From NCBI GenBank assembly GCA_040005235.1, contig JBDTZG010000003.1:96001-160000 (forward strand): a DNA stretch of 64,000 nt. Reading direction: 5' to 3'. Shown here one piece after another: positions 9,760 to 19,242 of this stretch. The notes under the pieces were generated by a model that was not told the origin of the DNA, did not search any database, and saw only the letters and a program-made list of their open reading frames with translations. Origin of the DNA: Acidobacteriota bacterium. GTDB lineage: Bacteria; Acidobacteriota; Thermoanaerobaculia; Multivoradales; UBA5704. The position numbers and the translations under genes are program-made. Numbering within the stretch: the stretch's first letter is position 1; each line of letters begins with the position of its first letter.

Positions 9760-10300
9760 TCCGAATCAGCCGAAGAGATCCTCCGGCCGGCCGAAGAGAC
9801 TCCCCCATCCGCCCGGAGATCTCCACCGCCGATCGGGAACGTCTACCACGATTAAAACTCTCCCCCGCGGTCTCCGGAAGAGGCCTTCCGAAGATCCGAA
9901 GAGCGCTCCGCATCGCCCGAAGGGAGCTCCCGATCTTCCGGAGAGGCTCACGGTCTTTCCGAAGTCAGCTCCGAATGGCCGGAAGATGGTTCCCGGACGC
10001 CGGTGACCCTTCCGGACGTTCCGGCATTCTCTTCGGTCGGCCGGAAGTCGCCTTCGGACCGTCCGAAGAGCCCTTCGAAGGGGGCGGAGACGGCTCCGGT
10101 CGGGCGCGCCGGGCAACGGCTCGACCGGCCCGAAGATTCCGGCCGCTTCGGTGCCGAGCTGGTGCTCGGCGGTCCCGGGAACGGCGTTTGCGGATGATAT
10201 CGCGCTGTGCGGTCGGGGATTTCTTCGGACTCTGGATCGGGCGCGAGTGGCTCCGGCGAGAGAGTCTAGGCTCCGGAACGGTTCGCGGGAGGCAGAACCG
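9760..10300. repeat. degenerate 21-bp-period array
   Basis: CCGAAGAG/CCGGAAG cores recur at about 21-nt spacing (e.g. tccggccggccgaagagactc, tccgaagatccgaagagcgct). Lies between convergent genes. Confidence 0.55.
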
Positions 10301-10304
10301 GCTC

Positions 10305-10697
10305 TCACACCGCGGCGGATTTCGTGATCAGCTCTTCCAGCACCCCAAGATCCACGTCAGCCAACCGCTTGATGTAAAGGCACAGCCCCTTACTTCGCTT
10401 GTGCTTGCCCAACCGCGCGAGGAGATCGTCGTCGAGGCTGCTCAGGTAGAGCGTCAGGTCCGACTTGCGGGGTGAGAAACCAACCACGGGCCAGTCGTTC
10501 TCTTTGCCGTTGGCGTATTTCATCCGGTAGGAGCCGAAGCCGACGATCGCCGGCCCCCACATGATCGCCGGTCTGCCGGTTACTTTTTTGAAGAGTTTCA
10601 CGAGCGTTCGGCAGTCGTCGCAGCGCGCTTCCGGTTCGAGGCGATCGATGAAGGCGTCGACGCTTTCGCCGGTCGGCCGGGTCTTGGGTTCGGCCAT
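10305..10697 (-). CDS. DUF1801 (YdhG-like) protein
   Basis: MWGPAIVGFGSY..GFSPRK..LGKHK..CLYIKRL. Confidence 0.85.
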   Translation of the reverse strand: MAEPKTRPTGESVDAFIDRLEPEARCDDCRTLVKLFKKVTGRPAIMWGPAIVGFGSYRMKYANGKENDWPVVGFSPRKSDLTLYLSSLDDDLLARLGKHKRSKGLCLYIKRLADVDLGVLEELITKSAAV

Positions 10698-10713
10698 GTC
10701 CTGCTCCACTCCC

Positions 10714-11979
10714 CTAGTTCGCGATCGCGATCGCGGCGTTGACGAAGATCGGCGGTCCGTCGTCCTGGTTGCCGGTCGTGTTCTGCGGCACCGTGAAGCG
10801 GTCGACCGCGCCCTTCTGGAAGGCGACCGCCATGCTCGAGCCGCCGTAGCTGAAGCGGCCCAGCTCTTGGCCTTTCACCACCTGATCTCCGACTTTGACC
10901 TCGAAGCTCACCGAGGAGATCTCGGTGATGCCGATCGGGATGACGCAGACCATGCCGATTACCGGATCGTCGCTTTCGATGAACATCAGGCCGCGCGTGT
11001 TGACCGACGCCTCGTAGCCTTGCGAATAAGTGGACGCGGTCGGATCGAAGCCGGCGGATTCGGCGTTGCTGAACATCAAGCCGTTCACCTTCTCGACTCG
11101 GACCACGCGGCCGGCGATCGGTGCACGCCAGCGATGATAGTCGGAGCCCGAGAGGAACGACTGGAAAACGTCTCCGCCGACGAACCGATCGACGTAGTGG
11201 CCGCACAATATGTCGTGGAGCGAGTAGGGCTGCCCTTTGAGCCAAAACTGCGCGCTCGCCTGGACGCTCCGCTCCCAGGTGACGACCGTGCCGTCGTTCG
11301 GCGAGACGATCACCCGCGGATCGTTCGGCGCCGAGATCGGCCGCAGCTCGGGTTTGATCTGGCGGTGGAAATAGGCATTGAACGATTCGAAACCCCAATG
11401 CGGCGCGGCGCGGTCGGGGATCACGAACTCGATCAGCCTGTTCTGCTCATAGGCGGGCTGCGACAGCCAGCCGAATTCGCCCTCGTTGATCACGTAGAGG
11501 CTCGCCGGGCTGTCGAGGAAGTGGCACCATTCCTCAAGGATTGCGCGCAGCGCGTCGTTGAACGCGGGGTAGCGGAACGCGGCCTCCCCGGACGGCGTCA
11601 TCATCATGTAGGTAAACAGGGTCGAGACGGGGAACGAGTTCTGCTTCGAAGGATCCCGGTTGTATGCCGGCGCCGAGCGGACGATCCAATCGAGCGCTGC
11701 GAGCATCTCGGACACGTCGTCGATCTGTTTGTGCTGGGCCGGAACCTGATCGATCATCTTGGTTACGTACATGCGGGCAACGCCGTCGCGCTCGATCAAC
11801 CGCGCAAGGGCCGAAACGGAGGGCGAGACGATCCCCATGCCCCTCGCCGGCGCGATCTCCTTTTTGAGATTGACCTGCCATTCGTCGACCGCCGCCCGCT
11901 TCTTCGGAAGATATCCGGCGACCCTGCCGAACGAGTTCCGATATCGCTCGTCGATCGACCGCTCCAGCTCGTCGCTCAT
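10714..11979 (-). CDS. phosphatidylserine-decarboxylase-family proenzyme (PSDC/PsiD-like clade)
   Basis: SFNAYFHR, VSPNDG, LKGQPYSL, DYHRWRAP, GQELGRFSYGGSS autocleavage motif. Confidence 0.85.
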   Translation of the reverse strand: MSDELERSIDERYRNSFGRVAGYLPKKRAAVDEWQVNLKKEIAPARGMGIVSPSVSALARLIERDGVARMYVTKMIDQVPAQHKQIDDVSEMLAALDWIVRSAPAYNRDPSKQNSFPVSTLFTYMMMTPSGEAAFRYPAFNDALRAILEEWCHFLDSPASLYVINEGEFGWLSQPAYEQNRLIEFVIPDRAAPHWGFESFNAYFHRQIKPELRPISAPNDPRVIVSPNDGTVVTWERSVQASAQFWLKGQPYSLHDILCGHYVDRFVGGDVFQSFLSGSDYHRWRAPIAGRVVRVEKVNGLMFSNAESAGFDPTASTYSQGYEASVNTRGLMFIESDDPVIGMVCVIPIGITEISSVSFEVKVGDQVVKGQELGRFSYGGSSMAVAFQKGAVDRFTVPQNTTGNQDDGPPIFVNAAIAIAN

Positions 11980-12050
11980 GGGTGCCTCTCCGTCGCTGTT
12001 GTCCTGCGGAAGCTATCAGAGGGAGTCCCTCTTCCTCGAAGCCGTCAGGA

Positions 12051-12380
12051 TCAGTCCACGGGAAACACCGCCTGCAACCGCCAGAAACTGCGTTCGGGCG
12101 GGCCGACGAACAGCGGCCCGGCGCTGGCCTTGAAGGCGAGCAGGTGCGGCGTTTTGAGGTGCGGACCGAGGTAGGCCTCGCGGCTGGTCCATTCTTCGAA
12201 CAGGAAGATGCGCGCCGGGTCCGCCGGATCTTGGTAGAGCCGAATGGAGAAGCAATCGGGCTCGGTGGCGACGACGATCGCGATCAGCTCCGTGAGCGCG
12301 CCGACGGCTTTGTCGATCTGGTCGGACTGGGCTTTGTAGGTGATGGCGACAGTGGTGACGGAGGTAGACGTTTGGGTCAT
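12051..12380 (-). CDS. ABM-domain (putative quinol monooxygenase) protein
   Basis: EPDC..LYQDPADP..FLFEEWTS..HLKTPH. Confidence 0.8.
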   Translation of the reverse strand: MTQTSTSVTTVAITYKAQSDQIDKAVGALTELIAIVVATEPDCFSIRLYQDPADPARIFLFEEWTSREAYLGPHLKTPHLLAFKASAGPLFVGPPERSFWRLQAVFPVD

Positions 12381-12392
12381 TTGGGTCTCCAG

Positions 12393-13379
12393 CTACCGGC
12401 AGGCGTAAGCCGACTTGGCGAGAGCCGCGGCGTAGATCGCGTGGGCTTCCGCCGTCGGGTGGGGATCTTCGTGGCTGACCCAGAAGCGCTTGCCAGGACC
12501 GGGAGGGAAGGCGTGGGAGGGATCGATGACCTCGAAGCCGTTGGCCTTCGCCAGCTCGGCGACGCGGCCGAACAGACCCTTGAACGGGCCGAAGTCTTTC
12601 GGCTCGTGCAGCTCGGGAAGCAGTAGCACGGTGCCGGGAATGCCGTCCTCGCGGAGCATCTGGCCGAGGTGGGCCATCTCCCGCTTCGTCCCTTCCCAGC
12701 CGGGCAAGCCGTCCTTGTAGAGACCTTGGTAATAAGGCTCATAGTGCTGGAACGGTCCGGAGAGGCGTTGCAGCCGCGCCGAAGCGAGCGAGATCAGGGC
12801 GGAGTTCCAGAAGAACGGGTTGAAGTTTGGCACCGCGTCCGGCTCGGCGTCGTTATAGGAGTAACCGACGATCACCCATTTCGGCTTTAGAGGCCGCAGC
12901 CGCGCCTCGTATCGTTTCACCTCCATGGAGGTGTTGCAGTTGCCGATCCCGGCGTTCAACACCGTCGCCCGCGGCGCCCCTTCCTTCGGGCACTGGTCGG
13001 CGAGCACCCGTTCGAGCTGCGAGGGAAAGGTGTCTTTTTCCGCCGCCCCCCAGCCAAAGGTCACCGAATCGCCGAGCGCCACTACCAGCCGGTCGTTCGG
13101 GGTCCGCGCCGCTTCGGTCGCCGGATCGGCGCGCCGCAGGCCCTTGTCGTCGGTGCGGACGGTGACCCCCATCAGCAGCTCGTCGGCGTTCGGCCGGTGC
13201 TCTTCGACCACGCCGGGAACGTCGGATTCGATTTTGATCGCCTTGGCGTAGCGCCACATTTCGACGTCGAACACGTGGAGGGAGTATTTGGACAAGACTC
13301 GCAGAGCGACTTCCGCAACTCCGAACGTCAGGAGCAGGCTGATCGACAGGACGAGCAGACTTTTGAGCAGCTTGTTCAC
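12393..13379 (-). CDS. membrane-anchored SGNH/GDSL hydrolase
   Basis: N-terminal TM (AEVALR); LGDSVTFG, NAGIG, ND, DPHP. Confidence 0.85.
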   Translation of the reverse strand: MNKLLKSLLVLSISLLLTFGVAEVALRVLSKYSLHVFDVEMWRYAKAIKIESDVPGVVEEHRPNADELLMGVTVRTDDKGLRRADPATEAARTPNDRLVVALGDSVTFGWGAAEKDTFPSQLERVLADQCPKEGAPRATVLNAGIGNCNTSMEVKRYEARLRPLKPKWVIVGYSYNDAEPDAVPNFNPFFWNSALISLASARLQRLSGPFQHYEPYYQGLYKDGLPGWEGTKREMAHLGQMLREDGIPGTVLLLPELHEPKDFGPFKGLFGRVAELAKANGFEVIDPSHAFPPGPGKRFWVSHEDPHPTAEAHAIYAAALAKSAYACR

Positions 13380-13659
13380 CGGGCACCTCGGAGGGGGCGG
13401 CGGCAAACCAGCCACCCGGGACAGTTCCAGGACCGGCGAACGATAGCTCAAGTCGGGGGGCGAGGGCGGGGCGCCGTCTCGTTCGCCTCCTGGGGCAGAA
13501 AGATCGGGGGGACCCGGAAGAACCGGGCCCCCTTATCAACGTCAACGAGTGCTACCCCTTATGTGCCTATACCTACGGGCAAGCCGGTCCGGGCGTTTAG
13601 GTGACCCCTCGCTTCCGGCAGGAAAAAACCGGGATCGTTCCGGCGATATGATCCGCTCC

Positions 13660-14415
13660 ATGCCGCTCACCGTCGCCACCTGGAACGTCAACGGCGTCCG
13701 CGCCCGGGCCGAGCAGGTGCTCGGATATCTCGCCCGCGACCGCCCGGATGTCCTTTGCCTGCAAGAGATCAAGGCCACCGCTGTGCAAGTTCCCGCGCCG
13801 CTTGCCGAGCACCCGGACTACTGGTCGTTCTGGCACGGGGCGGGCGGCTATTCGGGAGTCTGCCTGCTGCTCGCGAAGGCGCGTTTCCCCGAGCTGCCGC
13901 GGTTCGAGCATCCGTCGTTCGACATGGAGACCCGGGTGGTCACCGCCGAGGCGGAGGGAATGTTCTTCGCCTCGATCTACGTGCCGAACGGCGGCAAGGA
14001 CTACGCGGCGAAGATCGCGTTCCTGGAAGGGATGCGCAATTGGGCCGGAACGCTCCGCGAGAGAAGCCGGCCGACCTTCCTGTGCGGCGATTTCAACATC
14101 GCGCGCGAGGAGCGCGACGTCCACCCGAAAGAGAGGAAACCCGACCAGATCGGCACGCGCCCCGAGGAGCAGGCTCTCCTCGAAGGCATCCTCGGCCACG
14201 GCTTGACCGATGTCGGCCGCGCGCTCGATCCCGACAACGACAACCTGTTCACCTGGTGGGCGCCCTGGCGCAACCTGCGGCAGCGGAACATCGGCTGGCG
14301 CATCGACTACGTCGCGGCGAGTCACGCAGCCGCCTCGACCGCGACCCGGAGCGGAGTCCTCGCAGACTACGGCACGAGCGACCACGCGCCGGTGGTGGCG
14401 GAGTTCGCGATGTAA
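13660..14415 (+). CDS. xth: exodeoxyribonuclease III
   Basis: TWNVNG, CLQEIK, YVPNG, CGDFN, GWRIDY, SDHAPV. Confidence 0.93.
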   Translation: MPLTVATWNVNGVRARAEQVLGYLARDRPDVLCLQEIKATAVQVPAPLAEHPDYWSFWHGAGGYSGVCLLLAKARFPELPRFEHPSFDMETRVVTAEAEGMFFASIYVPNGGKDYAAKIAFLEGMRNWAGTLRERSRPTFLCGDFNIAREERDVHPKERKPDQIGTRPEEQALLEGILGHGLTDVGRALDPDNDNLFTWWAPWRNLRQRNIGWRIDYVAASHAAASTATRSGVLADYGTSDHAPVVAEFAM

Positions 14416-14498
14416 CCGATTCTTGCGTCATTCCTCTGTAAGAAAGGGAGCGATAGGCTCCGGTTCGTCGAACGGTTTCGATCTCGAAGGAGATCTCC

Positions 14499-15482
14499 AT
14501 GATCCACCCTCCTCGGCTTCCCTTACCTCTAAGGGAAAGCTTCCTCCGGCTCTGCCTCGGCGCGACCGCTTTCGCGTCGTTGGTGCTGGCCTCCCCCGCC
14601 CTCGGCTGCTCGATGTGCCGGTGCGGCGATCCCACTTTCAACGCCCTCGGCACGGACGTCTACGCCGAAGGAAACTTCCGCATCGCGCTCGACGGCGAGC
14701 GATTCGAGAAGGAGCAGGCGATCTCCGAAGCTCCCGAGGGCGCGGCGGTCGCCGAAGATCCCGGCCGCGAGAGCCAAACCGAGCGACGGGTGACCGCGAC
14801 GCTCTCGTACGCGTTCGATCGGGTTAACCTCGTCGCCCGCGTCCCCTGGAGCGATCGCTCTCTCAAGACGATCGGCGAGAGCGGCAGCGAGACCTCGAAC
14901 GGCCTCGCCGATCCGGAGTTGTACGCGCTCGTCCGGCTCTGGTCCGCGCCGTTCAAAGGCGATCTCGGCCGCCGCGCCTGGATTTCGGCGGTCGGCGGGG
15001 TCAAAACCCCTTGGGGCGAGAACAACCTCAAGTCGGGCGACGAGCGCCTGGAAGAGCACCTCCAGAGCGGCACCGGCTCGACCGACTGGTTCGGCGGCTT
15101 TTCCGGCGTCTACCTGGTCGATTCGCAGTCGTCGCTGTTCAGCTCGGTCCAATACCGGCGGATGGGCGCGAACGACTTCGGCTACCAATACGGCGACGTC
15201 AAGCTGCTCAACTTCGGCTACGAGAGGAAACTTGGCAAGAGGCTCGACGCGAGCCTGGAAGCCAACTACCGCGACGCCGGAGAAGACCGGATCGACGCCG
15301 AAGAGGGTTTCGATCCGAACACCGGAGGCTCGGTGCTCTATCTCTCCCCCCGCCTCTCCGCCGACTTCGGTCGCGGCCTGGTCGGTCGATTGTCGTTTCA
15401 GATCCCCGTTGCCGACCACCTGGACGGCGACCAGACGGAGAAGACGGTGGCGAATTTCGGGTTGACGTTTCTGGTGCGGTAG
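14499..15482 (+). CDS. outer-membrane beta-barrel transporter-like protein with N-terminal CxxCxC
   Basis: Signal peptide then CSMCRC; GLADP, VKTPWG, LQSGTGSTD; alternating C-terminal strand ANFGLTF. Confidence 0.65.
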   Translation: MIHPPRLPLPLRESFLRLCLGATAFASLVLASPALGCSMCRCGDPTFNALGTDVYAEGNFRIALDGERFEKEQAISEAPEGAAVAEDPGRESQTERRVTATLSYAFDRVNLVARVPWSDRSLKTIGESGSETSNGLADPELYALVRLWSAPFKGDLGRRAWISAVGGVKTPWGENNLKSGDERLEEHLQSGTGSTDWFGGFSGVYLVDSQSSLFSSVQYRRMGANDFGYQYGDVKLLNFGYERKLGKRLDASLEANYRDAGEDRIDAEEGFDPNTGGSVLYLSPRLSADFGRGLVGRLSFQIPVADHLDGDQTEKTVANFGLTFLVR

Positions 15483-15626
15483 CGATCGACGGAGGAGGGC
15501 TACCCTTTCAGGTGTCCTCCTCGGCAGGGAATCCTACTTCGAAGCTGGCGCGTCAATCCGACGGAGTTCGAGCCTCTCCCTCTAGAGCCCGTGATAATCT
15601 CAGAACTGTCTACGGAGGCTTCCAAG

Positions 15627-15836
15627 ATGAATCTCACCCTCGAATGCGAGCGCGAAGACGACGGCCGCTGGCTGGCCGAAGTGGTCGATCTACCCGGTGC
15701 TCTCGCATACGGCGGTTCGGCGGATGATGCGATGGCCAAGGCTGAAGCACTTGCGTTGCGCGTCCTGGCGGAGCGGCTGGAACACGGCGAAAGCCGCCCG
15801 ATCGAAATCAGCATCTCGCTCCCCGCCGCCGCATGA
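15627..15836 (+). CDS. hicB: HicB-family antitoxin (short form)
   Basis: EREDDGRWLAEVVDLPGALAYG. Confidence 0.85.
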   Translation: MNLTLECEREDDGRWLAEVVDLPGALAYGGSADDAMAKAEALALRVLAERLEHGESRPIEISISLPAAA

Positions 15837-16045
15837 GCCACTGGCCTTCGGCCAAGGCCAAGAATGTTCTGGCTGCTCTGATCAAGCTCGGCTGGCAGAT
15901 CAAACGCCAGACGGGCTCCCATCGCACGCTGTCCCGCAAAGGCTGGCCCGATTTCGTTTTTGCCTTCCATGATGGCGACGAACTTGGGCCCCGGATGCTC
16001 GCACGCATCGCCAAACATGCGGGGCTTACACCCGCGGATCTGTAA
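15833..16045 (+). CDS. hicA: HicA-family mRNase toxin
   Basis: LGWQIKRQTGSHRTL; ATGA coupling to hicB. Confidence 0.88.
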   Translation: MSHWPSAKAKNVLAALIKLGWQIKRQTGSHRTLSRKGWPDFVFAFHDGDELGPRMLARIAKHAGLTPADL

Positions 16046-16140
16046 CGATCAGACCCTATCCCGCTGTCGAGGTGAGGGAAGAGCTACAAGCCAAGGCGAG
16101 GGATTCCGGCTTGTGGGAGACAGTGCATTTCTGTACACCA

Positions 16141-16171
16141 TGTCGGCATTTTACGGCGTAAAATGCCGACA
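16141..16171. repeat. perfect inverted repeat between convergent hicA and dinB
   Basis: TGTCGGCATTTTACG-G-CGTAAAATGCCGACA. Confidence 0.8.
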
Positions 16172-16235
16172 GCGATCGCCATTGCCCAAGTTCCTCTCCG
16201 CGCTCGCGGAGGGGACGCTCTGGCCCTGAGAAGGG

Positions 16236-16706
16236 TCAGCCCAGCCGCCCGCTCCGTACCGCGTGAATAAAATCCACATACGGCGGCTCGTGCCCGGCGC
16301 GGCGCAGGTCGGCGAGGATCTGAGCGCGGTGGTGGATGCCGTGGAAGATCGTCTGGGTAAGGATATCGCCCACAGAGCTGGTCCACGCCTCCCCGAGCGA
16401 GTTGATGTAGGCGACATCCCTCTCTAGATTTCCGGGTTTTAGCGTTTCGATCTGCTCCTGCCAAAGCGCGGCCGCGCCGTCAAGCTCGCGGGCTGTGACG
16501 GGGAGATCGAGCGCCGGCCAGACGGCGAGGGGGCTCGGCTCACCTTTTACCCGCGCGAGCCAGAGCCGGAGAACGCCCGCGATATGAGCGAGCGTCTTCA
16601 CCGCGCCGGACGGCGGCTCGGCCAGGGCGCGCAGGGCGGAAACGACCTCGCGGTTCGCCCAGGCGTCGAAGGCGAAATGGCGGCGGATTTCTTTCAGGCG
16701 ATCCAT
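16236..16706 (-). CDS. DinB-family protein
   Basis: WAN, LAHI, HGIHHRAQI, P.VDFI. Confidence 0.85.
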   Translation of the reverse strand: MDRLKEIRRHFAFDAWANREVVSALRALAEPPSGAVKTLAHIAGVLRLWLARVKGEPSPLAVWPALDLPVTARELDGAAALWQEQIETLKPGNLERDVAYINSLGEAWTSSVGDILTQTIFHGIHHRAQILADLRRAGHEPPYVDFIHAVRSGRLG

Positions 16707-16760
16707 TCGGTGAGCCTATCTCCCTTGAGCGCAACCTTTCTCCCTCTCGTTCCGTACCTC

Positions 16761-16813
16761 TTGACGACAGATGTCGTCACGCGTATCGTTTCTCCTGACG
16801 ACAGATGTAAGCA
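16761..16813 (+). promoter_or_regulatory. sigma70 promoter overlapped by two BlaI/CopY-type operators
   Basis: TTGACG-17-TATCGT. Perfect palindrome TGACGACA-GA-TGTCGTCA at 16762-16779 and an imperfect copy at 16796-16813. Confidence 0.8.
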
Positions 16814-16841
16814 ACGCAGCCAGCCGCCCGGGAGAACCGCC

Positions 16842-17249
16842 TTGAGCCAGGACGCAGCCCCAAGCACGAAGTCGATTGGCGATCAGGAAATGGCGCTGCT
16901 GCGCTTCCTCGCGGAGCGGGGCCCGGTGTCGGTCGGCGAGGCGGCCGAAGAATACGGCGCCCCGCGCGATCTCGCTCGCTCTACGGTGCTCACCATGATG
17001 GAGCGGCTGCGCGCCAAAGGCCATCTGGAGCGCGAGCTTGCCGGCGGTGTGTTCCGTTACTCGACGGCTCAGCCGGCGGCGGAGCTGATGCGCGGTCTCG
17101 TCGGCCAGTTCGTCGACCGGGCGCTCGGCGGCTCGGTCTCGCCGTTCGTCAGCTACCTCGCCGAGAAGGGCGAAGTGTCGGAAAGCGAGCTGGCGGAGCT
17201 GGAGCGTTTGGTCGAGCAGCTGCAAGAGAAGCGGAGGGAAGAGGCATGA
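16842..17249 (+). CDS. BlaI/MecI/CopY-family repressor
   Basis: LARSTVLTMMERLRAKGHL, SESELAELERL; TTG start is approximate. Confidence 0.88.
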   Translation: MSQDAAPSTKSIGDQEMALLRFLAERGPVSVGEAAEEYGAPRDLARSTVLTMMERLRAKGHLERELAGGVFRYSTAQPAAELMRGLVGQFVDRALGGSVSPFVSYLAEKGEVSESELAELERLVEQLQEKRREEA

Positions 17250-19054
17250 GCTTCGAGATTCTATTGGCCGGGCTCTCCGCCTCGCTCGCTCCGCTCCTGC
17301 GCGCCACGTTGCTCGGCGGCCTGCTCGCAGCTCTGGTCTGGCTGGTTGCCCGCCGCGGCAGGCGCCTACCCGCGGGTCTCGTCGCCGCACTCTGGTGGGT
17401 GGTGGCGTTCCAATTCCTGTTCGCGCTCGCCTGGCTGGAACCGATCGCGTTGCCGATTTTGCCCGCGCGGCAGCAGATGGCAGCCCCAGCCCTCACCTCC
17501 GGCACCTCTCCCGAGGGGAGAGAGGAGAACAGCAAAAAAGGCCTCGCTTTTCTCCCCCCTCCCGGGTGGGTGGGAGTGCGGGCGGGAGAGGGGCCGGGGG
17601 TGAGGGCTGGCGCGGGCTCCGCTCTCGCCCTCCTCTGGCTGCTCGGTTGCCTGGCCCAGGTTCCGCGGGCGGCGAGGGCGCTTTCCGCCTCCCGATCGCT
17701 TCGCCGCTCGGCGCGACCGGTCGACGACCCCTGTCTCCTCGCCCGGGCCTCTTCGATCGCCTCCCGGCTCGGCCTTTCGAGCGCGCCGCTTCTCGCGGTC
17801 TCCGACGAGGTTTCGGTCCCGCAGGTGATGGGCTTGCTGCGCCCCCTGGTGCTGCTGCCGGCCGATCTGGCCGAAGCGGATCTCGATCTCGCGCTCGGTC
17901 ATGAATTCGCCCATCTGGTGCGCCGCGATCTGTGGCTCGGCCTGGTGCCGGCCCTCGCGGAACGGTTGTTCTTCTTTCACCCCCTCGCCCGACTCGCCGC
18001 CCGGGAGTACGCCCTGGCGCGCGAGGCGGCGTGCGACGCCCGGGTGCTCGACGCGCTCGAAGCTCCCGCCGAACGCTACGGACGCCTGCTGATCCGCTTC
18101 GGCGCGATCCCCCGCCGAGCCGCCTTTGCGGCGACCGGCGCCTCCCCCACGTTTCACCTCTTGAAAAGGAGACTTCTCATGTTGCAGAACCCCACCCCCG
18201 CGGGCCGCCGCGCGCTGCCCTGGCTGGTGCTGGCCGGCGCGATCGGCGTCGTGGCGCTCGCCCCGTTTCGTTTGACGGCCAAGACCGAGGAGCCGCGGCT
18301 GAACGGTCCGACGCCCTCTGTGGTCTCGGCCCAGCTTGCCGATTGGACCGATTCGACCGGCTCGGCCAGCCGGTACGCCTACGCCAAGATGCCCGTGCCA
18401 CCGCCACCTCCCCCGCCGCCGCCGGCCCCTCCCGCACCGCCCGCGCCGCCGAAACCGTCGAAGTCCTCGCACTCGATGAGCTGGAGCAACGACGGCGACG
18501 ATCCTTTCGTCATCCTGCACGGCGACGATTCCACGATGTCTGGCTCGACGAGCGACATCCGGCGCGCCGAAACCCTCCGCAAGGGTGGCGAGGATCTGGT
18601 CTGGTTCCGCCGCGGCGGCCAGGAGTACGTGATCCGCGACGCGGCGACCGTAAAGGCGGCGACGGAAGCGTTCCGCCCGGTCTCCGAGCTGGGCAAGAAG
18701 CAGGGCGAATTGGGAGCGCAGCAGGGCAAGCTCGGCGCGAAACAGGGGTTGCTCGGCGCCAAGCAGGGCGAGCTGGGCGGCAAGCAGGGAGCGCTCGGCG
18801 CCCGCCAGGCGCATGCCGATCGCGACGACGAGAAAGAGGCGGCGGAGATCGAAAAGCAGATGGACGATCTGGGCAACCAGCAGGAAGAGCTTGGGCGTCA
18901 GCAGGAGGAGCTGGGCAAGCAGCAAGAGAAGTTGGGCGATCAGCAGGAGGAGCTGGGACGCCAGCAAGAAGAAGCCTCCCACGCCGCCGAATTGCAGCTC
19001 AAAAAGGTCACCGACGAAGCGGTCGCCCGCGGTCTGGCCGAAAAAGTCCGCTGA
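17246..19054 (+). CDS. BlaR1-like M56 metallopeptidase with Pro linker and heptad-repeat C-terminus
   Basis: HEFAHLVRRD, FFFHPL, REAACD, LKRRL; LGxxQxE heptads; ATGA coupling to the repressor. Confidence 0.9.
   Translation: MSFEILLAGLSASLAPLLRATLLGGLLAALVWLVARRGRRLPAGLVAALWWVVAFQFLFALAWLEPIALPILPARQQMAAPALTSGTSPEGREENSKKGLAFLPPPGWVGVRAGEGPGVRAGAGSALALLWLLGCLAQVPRAARALSASRSLRRSARPVDDPCLLARASSIASRLGLSSAPLLAVSDEVSVPQVMGLLRPLVLLPADLAEADLDLALGHEFAHLVRRDLWLGLVPALAERLFFFHPLARLAAREYALAREAACDARVLDALEAPAERYGRLLIRFGAIPRRAAFAATGASPTFHLLKRRLLMLQNPTPAGRRALPWLVLAGAIGVVALAPFRLTAKTEEPRLNGPTPSVVSAQLADWTDSTGSASRYAYAKMPVPPPPPPPPPAPPAPPAPPKPSKSSHSMSWSNDGDDPFVILHGDDSTMSGSTSDIRRAETLRKGGEDLVWFRRGGQEYVIRDAATVKAATEAFRPVSELGKKQGELGAQQGKLGAKQGLLGAKQGELGGKQGALGARQAHADRDDEKEAAEIEKQMDDLGNQQEELGRQQEELGKQQEKLGDQQEELGRQQEEASHAAELQLKKVTDEAVARGLAEKVR
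17486..17610. repeat. palindromic miniature element inside the M56 gene
   Basis: 27-bp terminal inverted repeats CCAGCCCTCACCTCCGGCACCTCTCCC / GGGAGAGGGGCCGGGGGTGAGGGCTGG with 2 mismatches. Confidence 0.8.
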
Positions 19055-19242
19055 TCGCCCGCCTCAAACGGCGCCCCGCCGGGCGTCCCTAGCCACCCTT
19101 TCTTTCGTTCCACGTACCGGACCGGAAAGCCCCCGCCGCGGGCCGCCGAGCGACCGCTCTGCCTGCCCGCGGCCTTTTTCGGCCTCCCCCGTCGCTTTAC
19201 CGCCTTCCGGGGGCCGTTTCGCGATACTCTCCAGGGCAACCT

